Source: Candidatus Melainabacteria bacterium 17Bon1m (GTDB taxonomy: Bacteria; Cyanobacteriota; Vampirovibrionia; Obscuribacterales; Obscuribacteraceae). Taken from it: a stretch of DNA of 64,000 nt. Shown in pieces: positions 19,671 through 29,564 of the stretch; position 1 is the first letter of the stretch, and the number at the start of each line of letters is the position of its first letter. The notes below the pieces were generated by a model. It saw nothing but the letters and a program-made list of their open reading frames with translations, searched no databases and was not told where the DNA came from. Where the stretch lies: assembly GCA_032128875.1 (NCBI GenBank), contig JAVLKG010000006.1, forward strand, positions 314,828-378,827. The letters are read 5' to 3'. The translations under genes and the position numbers were made by a program.

Positions 19671-20099
19671 ATGGAAAGGGAGTGGGCCTCGAAAAAGCTC
19701 GTCTGCAATCTAGTAAAGAAAGAAAAGTATGAGCTGGCTGGCTATGTTGTGTTAGGTGAGAAGGTCGTCTTCGAGATGTATTCGAATTGGATCTCTGATA
19801 CTGAATCGAGAACCCGCGATACATCCGAAGACAATCGCAGACGAGAGTTGAGCTACATCATTGAGATGGCAAAGGAAGAGATCAGAGAACACCGCAAGTG
19901 GCAAGAGGAGGTTCTCTCCAGCTTGCCACGTAAAGACGATGCCTTGGGGTTGACGGGGCCTCTGCGGTTGGCGTTTGCTGATGCTTCTGACGCTAGAAAA
20001 GCTCTCTTGCAGGAAGTGATGGTTGCCCATGGTAAATTCATCGAGCCTGCTTGTGAGGCAGTTTGTGCGCAAGAAAGTCTACAAGCTTCAGCGTTATAG
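19671..20099 (+). CDS. Hypothetical protein
   Basis: ORF with AGAAGG upstream of ATG 19671. Confidence 0.6.
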   Translation: MEREWASKKLVCNLVKKEKYELAGYVVLGEKVVFEMYSNWISDTESRTRDTSEDNRRRELSYIIEMAKEEIREHRKWQEEVLSSLPRKDDALGLTGPLRLAFADASDARKALLQEVMVAHGKFIEPACEAVCAQESLQASAL

Positions 20100-20107
20100 T
20101 CACCTCC

Positions 20108-21103
20108 TTAACCGTTTAGAATCGGGGTTTCTGATTCATAGCTTGGCGTTTGTTCTGATGGCGGCGTTTCGTGCGGCGGTTCTACTGGTGGTGTAGCAGG
20201 CGTCTCAACGGGGGATTCTGGCGGGGTTTCTGCAGGAATTTCCGCTGGGGTCGCTGGAATTGTTTCAGCTGGAGTTTCTTGTGGAGTTTCAGATGGGGTT
20301 TCGCTGCCGGGGTTAGGATTTGGGTTTTCCGCAGGGACACGCTTCTTGAATGGGGATTCCTTGAGAGGCTCGTTAGGGTCATGTGGCGGTCGACGTTTAG
20401 CTACTTCAGCCAACGCATTTTTCATCTTCTCTATATCTCTTGCTTGTTGTTCCTCCTCCGTTGGAAATTGAAATGGTTTAAACGCGCCTTCGCCTGCTAC
20501 ATGACGTTGTTTGACTTCGTCCATGGCGTGCTTGACTCGTTCGCTAATGCTTTTCTCTTTCGGCGTTTCGGTGGGCTCAAACTCAAACGGTAAGCGTGTT
20601 CTAGGCTCTGGGCTGGCTTCTGCTTCAGGGGAGCCCGGAAGGGTTTTAGGCAGTCCAGCATCGTCGCCTGGCTTTTGATAAGTCCCCCTGCCCTTTGCAC
20701 GGGCATCGCCCGAGCTGGTCGGTCCAGGACCTTCTATTACTCTGGGGACACCTTCTGCTGGACCTACGGCGTAGGCGACTTTGGGACCATCGCTAGATTC
20801 GCCGCTGGCTGAAGCAACCGCATTGGGTTCTGCTGTAGGTTCTGCCTTGGGTTCTGGGCTAGAATCTGCGTTAGTTTCTGTGTTGGGTTCTGAACTGTTT
20901 TCCGCTTGTGCGAAATTGTTTTGCTGAGAGTTATCTTCTAAAACTAAGTTGCCGAGCCAATTTGGGTCGTCTACTTCGCGGGCTCCGGACGAATACAATC
21001 TGTCGGACATGATTTCGGCAAATGCTGATTGCGACCACGCATTTGCTGTGGCAGACTCGCGAGCGGACTCGAATTGCCCAAAGTTATTCTCAAGAACAGA
21101 CAT
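20108..21103 (-). CDS. Pro/Glu-rich, probably disordered protein without signal peptide
   Basis: GAGGAGG RBS before ATG 21103; ETP repeats at the C-terminus. Confidence 0.75.
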   Translation of the reverse strand: MSVLENNFGQFESARESATANAWSQSAFAEIMSDRLYSSGAREVDDPNWLGNLVLEDNSQQNNFAQAENSSEPNTETNADSSPEPKAEPTAEPNAVASASGESSDGPKVAYAVGPAEGVPRVIEGPGPTSSGDARAKGRGTYQKPGDDAGLPKTLPGSPEAEASPEPRTRLPFEFEPTETPKEKSISERVKHAMDEVKQRHVAGEGAFKPFQFPTEEEQQARDIEKMKNALAEVAKRRPPHDPNEPLKESPFKKRVPAENPNPNPGSETPSETPQETPAETIPATPAEIPAETPPESPVETPATPPVEPPHETPPSEQTPSYESETPILNG

Positions 21104-21276
21104 AAAGTGCCTCCTCAATTAGGATCGGGCGGTCGCTTGGAAGCGAACCGTCATTTGTTGATTAGTAAGGGTGAGCGGTGTCGAAGTTGACGCCTCAAAT
21201 ACTAGGCGCCAAATCTGATCATTTCCTGAGGAAAAGTCTGAAAAGCTAGAGTGGCACTGGCGCGAAAGGATTCAAA

Positions 21277-21310
21277 TGTTAAGCAACTTAGGCTCGATTG
21301 TTAAGCAACT
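21277..21310. promoter_or_regulatory. Perfect 12-bp direct repeat, 22-bp period; candidate regulator site
   Basis: TGTTAAGCAACT at 21277 and 21299. Confidence 0.5.
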
Positions 21311-21371
21311 CATGTTCCCTGAGATGCAACCTGTAGGCGAGGCAAAGCGCTAGATCTTGATACAAAGGAAT

Positions 21372-23462
21372 CTAATCGCTTTCAGAATCAGTTTTGCCAT
21401 TGAGCGTTATAGTTTCAGCACTTTCGTTCGCCTCGATTGGTAAGCAAACTTGAGATGCGTGCTGGTCACCACAGACAATTTCAATTTCATCGCTCATCTT
21501 TGCAAATGGTGGTAGCTTGAAATGATTTCTGTCTCGCCCTGCAATCGAAAGACGCACACGATGCCCTTTCTTGAATTGATATGAGATGGGAAACATCTCC
21601 AAATCTACTTCTCTAACTTCGCCTGGCGCAAACTGTTTGTAGTCGATCTTCTTGAACGTTCGCATCGGCAAAAGAGTTTTATACTTTTGGACTTGCGCAT
21701 CACTGAGAGTGTTTCCGCACAGAATTTGTGCCTCGGTGACATAATTCACAGAGCCGCTTGGTGAAACGTCTTCGAGGTAGACAAATAGGCTGCAATCTTC
21801 TTTGTTTGGTTTTACAAAAACCTTCACTATCGGGTTGCCGCTTACGATCCAATTTTCTGCCAGAGGTGCGGTTTGGAAGCAGATGTTGTGCTTATCTTCA
21901 CTCTTCCTATTCGAATAGGGGTCAAGCAAAACATTTCCCAACAAGCAGTCCCAACGCGAATTTTTTCCTGAGCCACTCTTCTCGTCGACTTTATAGATCG
22001 CAGTCTGCTCACTCGCTGGCGCTTTGTCATTCATTGATTTGTCTGCAGACAAATACAGCGTCTTCGGATTATTCTTCGGCGGCCAAGTGTCACTGCCATG
22101 CCACCGCTCTTCGCCCAGTGTGTAGTAATGCACTCGAGCATCATGCGCTAGAGAATTCTTGTTCAACATGTAGTGATCGAAGAATTTGAGCATCTCTCGA
22201 TCGATGCGGAAGCGCGACAGTCCGCCGCGGGTGAACGGGCTGATGTTGAAGAAGTCGTGCTCCCATGGCCCCAATATTAGCTTTGACCCAGGCGTTGTGT
22301 AATTGAGAAAACGATTGACTGCCGCACGAGAATTCGAACCTTCCAGCCAACCAGAACTCATATACATCGGCACTTGTGCCGCATCGAATTCCTTCCAGTA
22401 ATCGCTTGGGCTGCTCGGATCCACACCCAGGGCTTCGAAGTGCATGCCATATCTGTCACGCAAAAATTCTGTTGAAATGTCGCGTGTTTTGGTGGCATGT
22501 AAATCAGTTGCAGTAAATGGAGAGTCATCTCTGAAGTTCAGTTTTTCTGCAGACAGCGCTGAATTTTTCTTGTGCTCTGCAACGGCTTGCTTTAGCATTA
22601 GCTTACTTTTGTCTTCGTCAACCGGCTTCATGTGAGAAAGAAGCGGTCGAAGAAACTTCAGGTTGCGCGGCAAAATATTCGAATCAAAGTCCTTGTTCAG
22701 ATTCATCCAGTCATTGATGAATGGCTGAAGCGGAAGACCGCCTGGGCGAAGCACGTCTGCGTAGATGTCGAACGGGCTAGACAAGACCGCCGCCGCCTTC
22801 ACGCCCGAATGCTTGTTCATAAGTGCAAACTCGGCCATATTGCCCGAGTACGAATGCCCGATCAATCCGATATCACCGTTGGACCAGGGCTGCTTCACAA
22901 TCCAGTCCATGATTTCTTTGCTGTCCTTGATGTCCAGGGGTGGCAACTCCCAAGGACGGTCGCCGAACGACGCACCAGCGCCGCGCGCGTCACTTACGAC
23001 CCATACATATCCGTGCTTGAGAAACTCCGAACGGTACAAGCTGAGAGGCGTCCAGTAGAGAAACTTCAAATATGGCTTTGGTTGAATGACACGCCAATAG
23101 CGGCTCTGCTCAAACATAACCGGCAGCTTCTCGCCAGTCTTGACTGTATTCGGAATATATACATCGACGGCAATCTTCGTGCCGTCACTCATGGTCAAAT
23201 ACTGGGACGTTTGCTTATAGAGGTGGCTTGTCTTGGGCGTCTTGTAGACAGTTGGTGTTCCTTTTGCTTCATCTGCCTTGCCTCTGGCCAGATTCCTGTG
23301 AGCCTCAGCGCCTGGCGGCTGTAGCAAGGACGCGCAGCCAAGGGCAACTAGAAGCTTTGCGTAAGCTTTCTTTTGATTCAACTTCCTATGATTCGGCACT
23401 GACCTGGTTTCCGATAGTCCCGAGCGTTCTGAGGCAGATGTGCCGCCACCAATGGTAGCCAT
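21372..23462 (-). CDS. CocE/NonD family serine hydrolase, exported
   Basis: MSDGTKIAVDVY, DARGAGASFG, GHSYSG, GPWEH; hydrophobic signal-like segment. Confidence 0.92.
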   Translation of the reverse strand: MATIGGGTSASERSGLSETRSVPNHRKLNQKKAYAKLLVALGCASLLQPPGAEAHRNLARGKADEAKGTPTVYKTPKTSHLYKQTSQYLTMSDGTKIAVDVYIPNTVKTGEKLPVMFEQSRYWRVIQPKPYLKFLYWTPLSLYRSEFLKHGYVWVVSDARGAGASFGDRPWELPPLDIKDSKEIMDWIVKQPWSNGDIGLIGHSYSGNMAEFALMNKHSGVKAAAVLSSPFDIYADVLRPGGLPLQPFINDWMNLNKDFDSNILPRNLKFLRPLLSHMKPVDEDKSKLMLKQAVAEHKKNSALSAEKLNFRDDSPFTATDLHATKTRDISTEFLRDRYGMHFEALGVDPSSPSDYWKEFDAAQVPMYMSSGWLEGSNSRAAVNRFLNYTTPGSKLILGPWEHDFFNISPFTRGGLSRFRIDREMLKFFDHYMLNKNSLAHDARVHYYTLGEERWHGSDTWPPKNNPKTLYLSADKSMNDKAPASEQTAIYKVDEKSGSGKNSRWDCLLGNVLLDPYSNRKSEDKHNICFQTAPLAENWIVSGNPIVKVFVKPNKEDCSLFVYLEDVSPSGSVNYVTEAQILCGNTLSDAQVQKYKTLLPMRTFKKIDYKQFAPGEVREVDLEMFPISYQFKKGHRVRLSIAGRDRNHFKLPPFAKMSDEIEIVCGDQHASQVCLPIEANESAETITLNGKTDSESD

Positions 23463-23732
23463 ACTTTGCCACGCTCTTTATTGATTCTACTTTTGATGCG
23501 ATATTTCGGCAATTAATTGGATTTATAACATCCCAAATGTCCACTATGGACTGCTTTGTGTTCCTTAACTACATTGAGAACAGCCGAAATTAGGGGGCTG
23601 GTTACCGCCGAGAGGGGCTGGCGAATGCGGTTTTCATCACTGTTGGCGGCGAAATGCTCTATATAAGGTTGGAAACTCGTCGTAAGATGGGATTGAAGCC
23701 ACGTACAGGCTGTCTGTCTTGGATTAGAAGTT

Positions 23733-24845
23733 ATGCGCCGATTCGTATTCGCAGCTTTGATTGGAGGTTTTATCGGCTTTGCCGTGCTCTTGCAAATTGC
23801 TTCGGATAAGGCTGGATGTTGGGGCTACGACAATTTTCATTGTGGAAATATTGTTATGCTTCCTGTCACCGCGTTCAAAATCTCTGATCTGATGCACGCG
23901 GCACGCATCCTCATCTTCCAATTTGAGATCGTAAATTCAGGATTTGAATTCTTCGTTAGAGGCGCTGGTGCTGGAATCTTCGTATTGATGATTTACGAGG
24001 GGCTCAGAAAACGAATCAAAACGCAGACGATTGACTCACTTCTGCGCTGGACTTCGCTGCATGAGAATTCGATTGCCACTGCACTGTGGCTTGTGGGACT
24101 TCTTTTTGGATGTTACGTTCTGCTCGAACTTCTAATGTTCTGCATTGGTGTGTCGTATTTTGCCTTGGGAGGGTACCTAAATGCGACTTCAATAGCAATT
24201 ATTCTTCCTTCAGTTGTTCTGCATGTTCTAATTCTTGCCGCAGCTTACAAGAAGAAGCTTTTCCTTTGGCAACAAGTAAGCCGCGACACTCCACACTTTC
24301 ATCTCGTAAAATTTTTGAAGGCTTTTTTCTTTCTGCTAGTCATTTTACTTGGAGTTTTGTTGGCTTGTTATTTCATGCTCTTAGGTCAAAGTTATTGGGG
24401 TGGTGCGTCTGAGTTATCCAGCTCTGATTTAAATCTTGCACCATCTACCTCGTATAAAGGTGTTGTTTTTGCAGAAGCATTCAATACTTTTATTAGTGCT
24501 TGGTGTGCTTGCGGTTTGGTTTTTCTGTTGGAGACTTCAACTTTTAAATATTACACAGGAAAGACGTGGACAGAATGTGCACGTATCTGTGGATTCAATG
24601 CTCTTTTACAATGTGGTTGGCTGCATCTTTTGTTGCCTACAATTTGCGTGCCTCTCTTTTTTCATCCGATCGATGGCGGTTCCATCCGCCCGTTTCTGAT
24701 GGATGTTAATAGTATTGTCGTTGCAATCTCCACGATTCCCGTGACCTTATGTGGAGTGGCAGTTGCTTTCGCGCCCAGGCAGGACGGAAAGCTCGATCTC
24801 TACGCTACAGATTCGAAACTCCATAATTCCTCCACATTAGTTTGA
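23733..24845 (+). CDS. Hypothetical polytopic membrane protein
   Basis: 370-aa ORF with many hydrophobic helices. Confidence 0.6.
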   Translation: MRRFVFAALIGGFIGFAVLLQIASDKAGCWGYDNFHCGNIVMLPVTAFKISDLMHAARILIFQFEIVNSGFEFFVRGAGAGIFVLMIYEGLRKRIKTQTIDSLLRWTSLHENSIATALWLVGLLFGCYVLLELLMFCIGVSYFALGGYLNATSIAIILPSVVLHVLILAAAYKKKLFLWQQVSRDTPHFHLVKFLKAFFFLLVILLGVLLACYFMLLGQSYWGGASELSSSDLNLAPSTSYKGVVFAEAFNTFISAWCACGLVFLLETSTFKYYTGKTWTECARICGFNALLQCGWLHLLLPTICVPLFFHPIDGGSIRPFLMDVNSIVVAISTIPVTLCGVAVAFAPRQDGKLDLYATDSKLHNSSTLV

Positions 24846-24966
24846 TAGTGTGAAGGTAATGGCAGGCGAGGGCTTGCGTTTAACCGATCAGCATCATGGG
24901 CGCGAAGTGATGGGCACGAAACGTCACTTCCGCTCCTGATGCTGCATCGATGACTTTGGAGACGAT

Positions 24967-26082
24967 ATGCGAAACACTCTTATGCTAGCCGTTGTCTGTA
25001 GTTTTGCGATGATTGCTATTATTTCTGCAAATTCCGCCTTTGCGGAAACCGACGGAATCGGTTGGATTCCCACTTGGAAGCAAGCGATTTCCGAGGCATC
25101 CAAAGCACACAAACCGATTTTATTGGTTGCTGCAGCTCCGCAGTGTGCTGGCGTCTCTGGTATTTGGTGACCAGGCAAGCAAGACATGGATGAGAGGTTC
25201 TTGTCCAAGCCCAACGTAATAAAAGCCTCCAGAGATTTCGTATGCGTCCGCATGATGACCTACGAGAGTGCAAGCGAAGCGCAACTGCTGAAGACACTCT
25301 GGCGTCCGGATGCGCCGCTGGAGAATACTGTTTTTGCCATTCTTGACCCGGATGGACGCTCTATCGTTCGAGGTGGTCGCAGTCCGCAAATGGTATTTCG
25401 CGATGCGGATGATATGACGACGCACATGAATGAGATCGCCCGCTACTACGGTAGTAACGGTGATTCTGTTCCGAAAGCGCTGCCCACAGTAGATACTGTG
25501 CGCCTTGCAGTAGACGTCGCTGCGTGCGACAAACGTCCGTTAGTGATTGTTGTTGGGCAAAACGATCAAGAGAGAAAACAGCTGGCAGCGCGCCTGGCAC
25601 CAAGCGCCTGGTCGGAGCCATTAATCGGAAAACTCGTTTATACGACTGGAAGCGGAACAGACCTGAGCATCATCAAGAATGCAAATCGATCCAGCGGATA
25701 CATTTTCGCTGCACCTGGGTTGTTCGGAACAGACGGCACCGCCTTGATGCATTTAAGCCCTTCTGCCAGTCAGATTGATCTTTCTGCGGCGTCCAAGCAG
25801 GCAATTGGAATGTATCAACCTCAAGTGCTGAGCCACCATGACCATGTACGTGCAGGGAGGCAAAACGGCGTTCAATGGCAAAGTGCTATACCTGTTTCCG
25901 ACCCGCACGATCCCCGATCGTCCGGTGGTGCGCAAAACGGCGGTCCTGTGGTTTTTGGTCATCCCCCTGGTCCTCATCCAAGCGCCGGTCGCCTTGGCGG
26001 CGGATTCAGTGGCGGAAGTTATGGTGCTCCTTATGGTTCACCTAGCACCAGGCGACAAACTTACATTCAGGAATTTCGGTAG
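24967..26082 (+). CDS. Exported thioredoxin-like protein, probable selenoprotein (UGA=Sec at 25168-25170), 371 aa
   Basis: ORFs 24967..25170 and 25186..26082 are in frame. Read-through gives IGWIPTWKQAISEASKAHKPILLVAAAPQCAGVSGIW-U-PGKQDMDERFLSKPNVIKASRDFVCVR, a continuous thioredoxin-fold pattern. GGAG RBS and signal peptide (AFA) at the first ATG. Confidence 0.8.
25174..25211 (+). promoter_or_regulatory. Candidate bacterial SECIS hairpin
   Basis: UGGAUGAGA-GGU-UCUUGUCCA 9-bp stem (25187-25207), apical loop starting with G 25 nt after the UGA; possible lower GGC/GCC pairs. Confidence 0.6.
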
Positions 26083-26308
26083 CGCAGGTAGTATCAGCCG
26101 ATTTATTTACTGCGATACCAATCTGTGATTCTTGCGCAAATGTTTGCAACACTTCTGGGGTGCCTGTTGCAAAGTGGGTGCATGACAAAGCTAGATAATC
26201 AGGGTTCAAAATTGTAGTAGAGATTCGTTGAATTTCATCCTTTTCCCTAGGTGTTGCTCGTCCATTGACCTAGGATGTTTGCCTGCTTGCTCGACTAATA
26301 TTGAGTCC

Positions 26309-27289
26309 ATGAGCGTTGATGAATTGGAACGCGTTAGTCGTTCCCAAGTGCAGAAAAAAGAAATGTTTGCGGGTAAGCGGTCTGTAGTGAGTGTCGGGGT
26401 TTTTTCCTTCACCACGTTTCTTGTCTTGGTACCTTTTCTAAGTAGTTCATGGTTCGGCGAGATAGCTGGTAGTTTTCGTCTTTACTATTTTTTTCCGCTA
26501 GTGGCTCTGGCAACTTGTTTCCTGGTGAAGCGAAATTGGTTGCTTATGAGTTTGGTTGTAATTACTTCGGCCATAAACGTGATGCCTTTGCTCTACTTAT
26601 TTCAGCGAGAAGTTCAAGTGGGCAAGGGCGAAACTTTGAAAGTGGTTCAGGTCAATGTCGAATATTGCAATCAAAATAGAACCAAGTTAGTGCAGTGGTT
26701 AAAGCAAGTTGATCCTGATGTTATTGCAGTAGAAGAATTGTCACTTACATGGGATGCCGCACTTCGCAAAGAGTTCCCCGGCTATGACGCCTTCACTGTT
26801 CCGCAGGATAGTTACTATGGGATTGGGCTTTTCTCCAAAAGGAAATTGATGAATGGGAAGAGTTTTATTCCACCTGCCGTCAAACCAATTGAGCCTGCAA
26901 TATTTGCCAAAATTCCATGCAAGAATGGTTCATTAAATCTCGCTGCAGTCCATGTTTTCGCGCCGCACCGTCCTGACGATTGGCGTCGGCGCAACATGCA
27001 AATGAATGCAATTGCAGAAGCGATTGGTGCAAACACTTCGTCGACAATCCTATTGGCTGATCTGAATTCGGTGCCATGGTCAAATGAGATGATGAAGTTT
27101 AGAAAAATAACCAATCTTCGCGATTCTCGTCTTGGCTTTGGAATCAAGAACACTTGTTTGGTAAAGCACTTGCTTTGGGTGCCCATCGACTATTGTTTGG
27201 TATCGCCAGGAATTAGGGTTCAAAAAATGACAATCGGTCCTTCATTTGGTTCTGACCATTTACCCATGCTGTTGGAGCTGAAGCTCTGA
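26309..27289 (+). CDS. Membrane-anchored EEP (YafD-like) protein, paralog of 5946..6905
   Basis: PDVIAVEE, ADLN, IDYCL, GSDHLP; start uncertain. Confidence 0.88.
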   Translation: MSVDELERVSRSQVQKKEMFAGKRSVVSVGVFSFTTFLVLVPFLSSSWFGEIAGSFRLYYFFPLVALATCFLVKRNWLLMSLVVITSAINVMPLLYLFQREVQVGKGETLKVVQVNVEYCNQNRTKLVQWLKQVDPDVIAVEELSLTWDAALRKEFPGYDAFTVPQDSYYGIGLFSKRKLMNGKSFIPPAVKPIEPAIFAKIPCKNGSLNLAAVHVFAPHRPDDWRRRNMQMNAIAEAIGANTSSTILLADLNSVPWSNEMMKFRKITNLRDSRLGFGIKNTCLVKHLLWVPIDYCLVSPGIRVQKMTIGPSFGSDHLPMLLELKL

Positions 27290-27711
27290 TGAAGAAGGTG
27301 ATTCTCATCCTCTCCAACTTGATACTAATCGTTCTCATTGTTGGATATTTGTTGATTTCCGGGCTCAATCTATTATTTGGTGACTTGTGCGGCAACGACG
27401 TCATAAGCGAAACTTATTCACCTGACAAAAAGATGAAAGTGGTTGTTTTTCGTCGCAGTTGCGGTGCTACGACGGGTTTCTCTACTCATGTATCTATCTT
27501 GAATGCCTGGGATAGGTTGTCTAATGATGAGGCGGGAAACGTTTATTGCCTCGATGATGTGATTCCTTTGAACATTACGTGGACAGGAAACGAGAAATTA
27601 AATATTGTGCGCAGTGTTCCCTCTGCGACCTTTACGAAGGCGAGTACTCATCTTGTTTTGCCATTTTTCCAGCAGGTCAAAATAACCTACGAAACACTTA
27701 CCGTTGATTAG
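27289..27711 (+). CDS. Membrane-anchored hypothetical protein (DUF5412-like)
   Basis: CGN.....SPD....VVF.RSCGATTGFS.HVSI pattern; start overlaps the upstream stop. Confidence 0.65.
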   Translation: MKKVILILSNLILIVLIVGYLLISGLNLLFGDLCGNDVISETYSPDKKMKVVVFRRSCGATTGFSTHVSILNAWDRLSNDEAGNVYCLDDVIPLNITWTGNEKLNIVRSVPSATFTKASTHLVLPFFQQVKITYETLTVD

Positions 27712-27838
27712 AACATCAAAGATTGTGTCAATTGCAAACGAAAGGGGAACCGAGAATAGCGCGCGCCCCCCACAATTCCTTGTTTTGGAACTTTGAAAGG
27801 TTCGCACTGTCTCCGTTGAGAGACAGGAGACTCCCGGC

Positions 27839-29542
27839 ATGCCGGATAAGTACGAAATTGCCAATTATCTGCGCGAGACTGGTTTATTGCTCAGTGCTAA
27901 GGGCGAAAACCAATTTAAGGCGCGTGCGTATCTGCGTGGAGCAAAGGCAATTGAGGCCACGCAAGCAGACATCGGTAAGTTGATAAAGGATGACATGCTC
28001 ACCTCTATTCCTGGCATTGGTGAATCATTGGCGAAGACCATTGCGGAAATTTACCAGTCAGGCGAGTCAAAATATCTGGGGCGATTGAAAGATGAAGTGC
28101 CAGAAGGGACGATAGAACTTTCCCGAATTCCTGGTCTTACACTTGAGAAAATTGAAAAGTTGACTAGTGCTCTGGGTATCCGCACAATTGCCGAGCTGGA
28201 GCAGGCATGCCTGGAAGAGCGCGTGCGGCTTGTGCCTGGCTTTGCGGCACGCAGCGAAAGAGCACTTTTGGGGAAAATTCAGCGGATGAAGTTGCGTTCG
28301 TCAGCCATTTTGCTGGTCGATGCTTTAGAAACCGCCGAGGAAATCATTTCTTATATGCGATCCTCAGTACGTGGTTTGGATATTGAGGTGACGGGCGACG
28401 TGCGTCGCTGGCACGAAGCCGTGGACAAAGTTCAGTTCGTTGCCAAACCCAAAAAGGTTTCCTCCGCTATTGATGCTTTCAAGAAATTCCCTCTTGTTGT
28501 TGAGGTCATTGAAAGTAGTGAGGAATTTGTAGCTGCCAGGCTTTTCAACGAGCTAGTCGTCGAAATGTTTATTGCTGAGAATATGCATTTGAAACTGTTG
28601 GAAACCACAAGCCCAGCTCACTTCTCGCATCTGCAAAGACTCGCAAAACGCAAGAATATTAGTTTGAGCGACGCCGAGTTTAGAACAAAAACGCGACACA
28701 TAGAAGTCGTTTCCGAAGCAGACGTTTATAAAAAACTCGGATTAGCTTTTGTACCGCCCGAGCTGCGAGAAGATGATGGCGAGATAGAACTAGCTCGCAA
28801 GGACGACTTCTCAGATTTACTAGAAATTGAAGATATTCAAGGCATGACTCATTGCCACAGCACTTACTCAGATGGGCGTCATTCCATAGAGCAAATGGCT
28901 CGTGCGGCTGAGCGTCTGGGCATGAAGTACATGACCATTACTGATCATTCTCCGACCGCGCATTATGCTGGTGGTCTTACTGTCGATCGCCTGAAAGAAC
29001 AATGGGAGGAGATTGAGCGCGTTCAAGAGAAAGTGAAGATCAAACTGTTAAAAGGAACTGAATGCGACATTCTGGCGGACGGTGCGCTAGATTACCCTGA
29101 CGAAATTCTTGAACAGTTTGATGTGATCATCGCAAGTATTCATTCTCGTTATAAGCAAGATGAGCCGCGTATGACAAAGCGCTTGCTAAATGGCTTGCGC
29201 AATCCGCATTTTAAGATTTGGGGACATCCGCTTGGACGCCTTGTCCTAAGACGTGATCCGATTCCTTGCGATGTTGAGAAGATTTTGGAAGCCATTCAAG
29301 ACTCTCCCGTTGCGATTGAAATTAACGGAGATCCCTATCGGCTGGACCTGGCACCAAATTGGGCAAAGATTGCCAGCGAAATGGGCTTCAAATTTGTAAT
29401 TTCTACTGATGCGCATGCAACTTCAGATTTGCAGAACTTGCCATTCGGAATTCACCAAGCAAGACGTGCTGGTATTCGTAAATCGCAAGTATTGAACGCA
29501 CAGAGTTTTTCAACATTTAGGAAAGCCGTAAAACCAGCGTAG
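27839..29542 (+). CDS. polX: DNA polymerase X / PHP-domain protein with altered polymerase active site
   Basis: GENQFKARAY, HhH IPGIG motifs, PPELRE, intact PHP (HCHSTYSDG, TDHS, HP.GR, STDAH); canonical GSxRR..GDxD reads GDVRR..DKVQ. Confidence 0.92.
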   Translation: MPDKYEIANYLRETGLLLSAKGENQFKARAYLRGAKAIEATQADIGKLIKDDMLTSIPGIGESLAKTIAEIYQSGESKYLGRLKDEVPEGTIELSRIPGLTLEKIEKLTSALGIRTIAELEQACLEERVRLVPGFAARSERALLGKIQRMKLRSSAILLVDALETAEEIISYMRSSVRGLDIEVTGDVRRWHEAVDKVQFVAKPKKVSSAIDAFKKFPLVVEVIESSEEFVAARLFNELVVEMFIAENMHLKLLETTSPAHFSHLQRLAKRKNISLSDAEFRTKTRHIEVVSEADVYKKLGLAFVPPELREDDGEIELARKDDFSDLLEIEDIQGMTHCHSTYSDGRHSIEQMARAAERLGMKYMTITDHSPTAHYAGGLTVDRLKEQWEEIERVQEKVKIKLLKGTECDILADGALDYPDEILEQFDVIIASIHSRYKQDEPRMTKRLLNGLRNPHFKIWGHPLGRLVLRRDPIPCDVEKILEAIQDSPVAIEINGDPYRLDLAPNWAKIASEMGFKFVISTDAHATSDLQNLPFGIHQARRAGIRKSQVLNAQSFSTFRKAVKPA

Positions 29543-29564
29543 TCATGTCACGGGGCTAATAATT

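Noticed and set aside
22632-23324. 230-aa plus-strand ORF and similar antisense ORFs (e.g. 3181..3663, 33347..33910)
   Set aside because: Shadow ORFs antisense to well-supported genes, with no recognisable motifs.
25168-25170. Genome-wide UGA reassignment (code 4 or 25) as the explanation for the in-frame TGA
   Set aside because: Other genes here end at TGA at their expected C-termini (e.g. 17676, 27289, 61550) and no other split genes were seen, so any read-through is site-specific.
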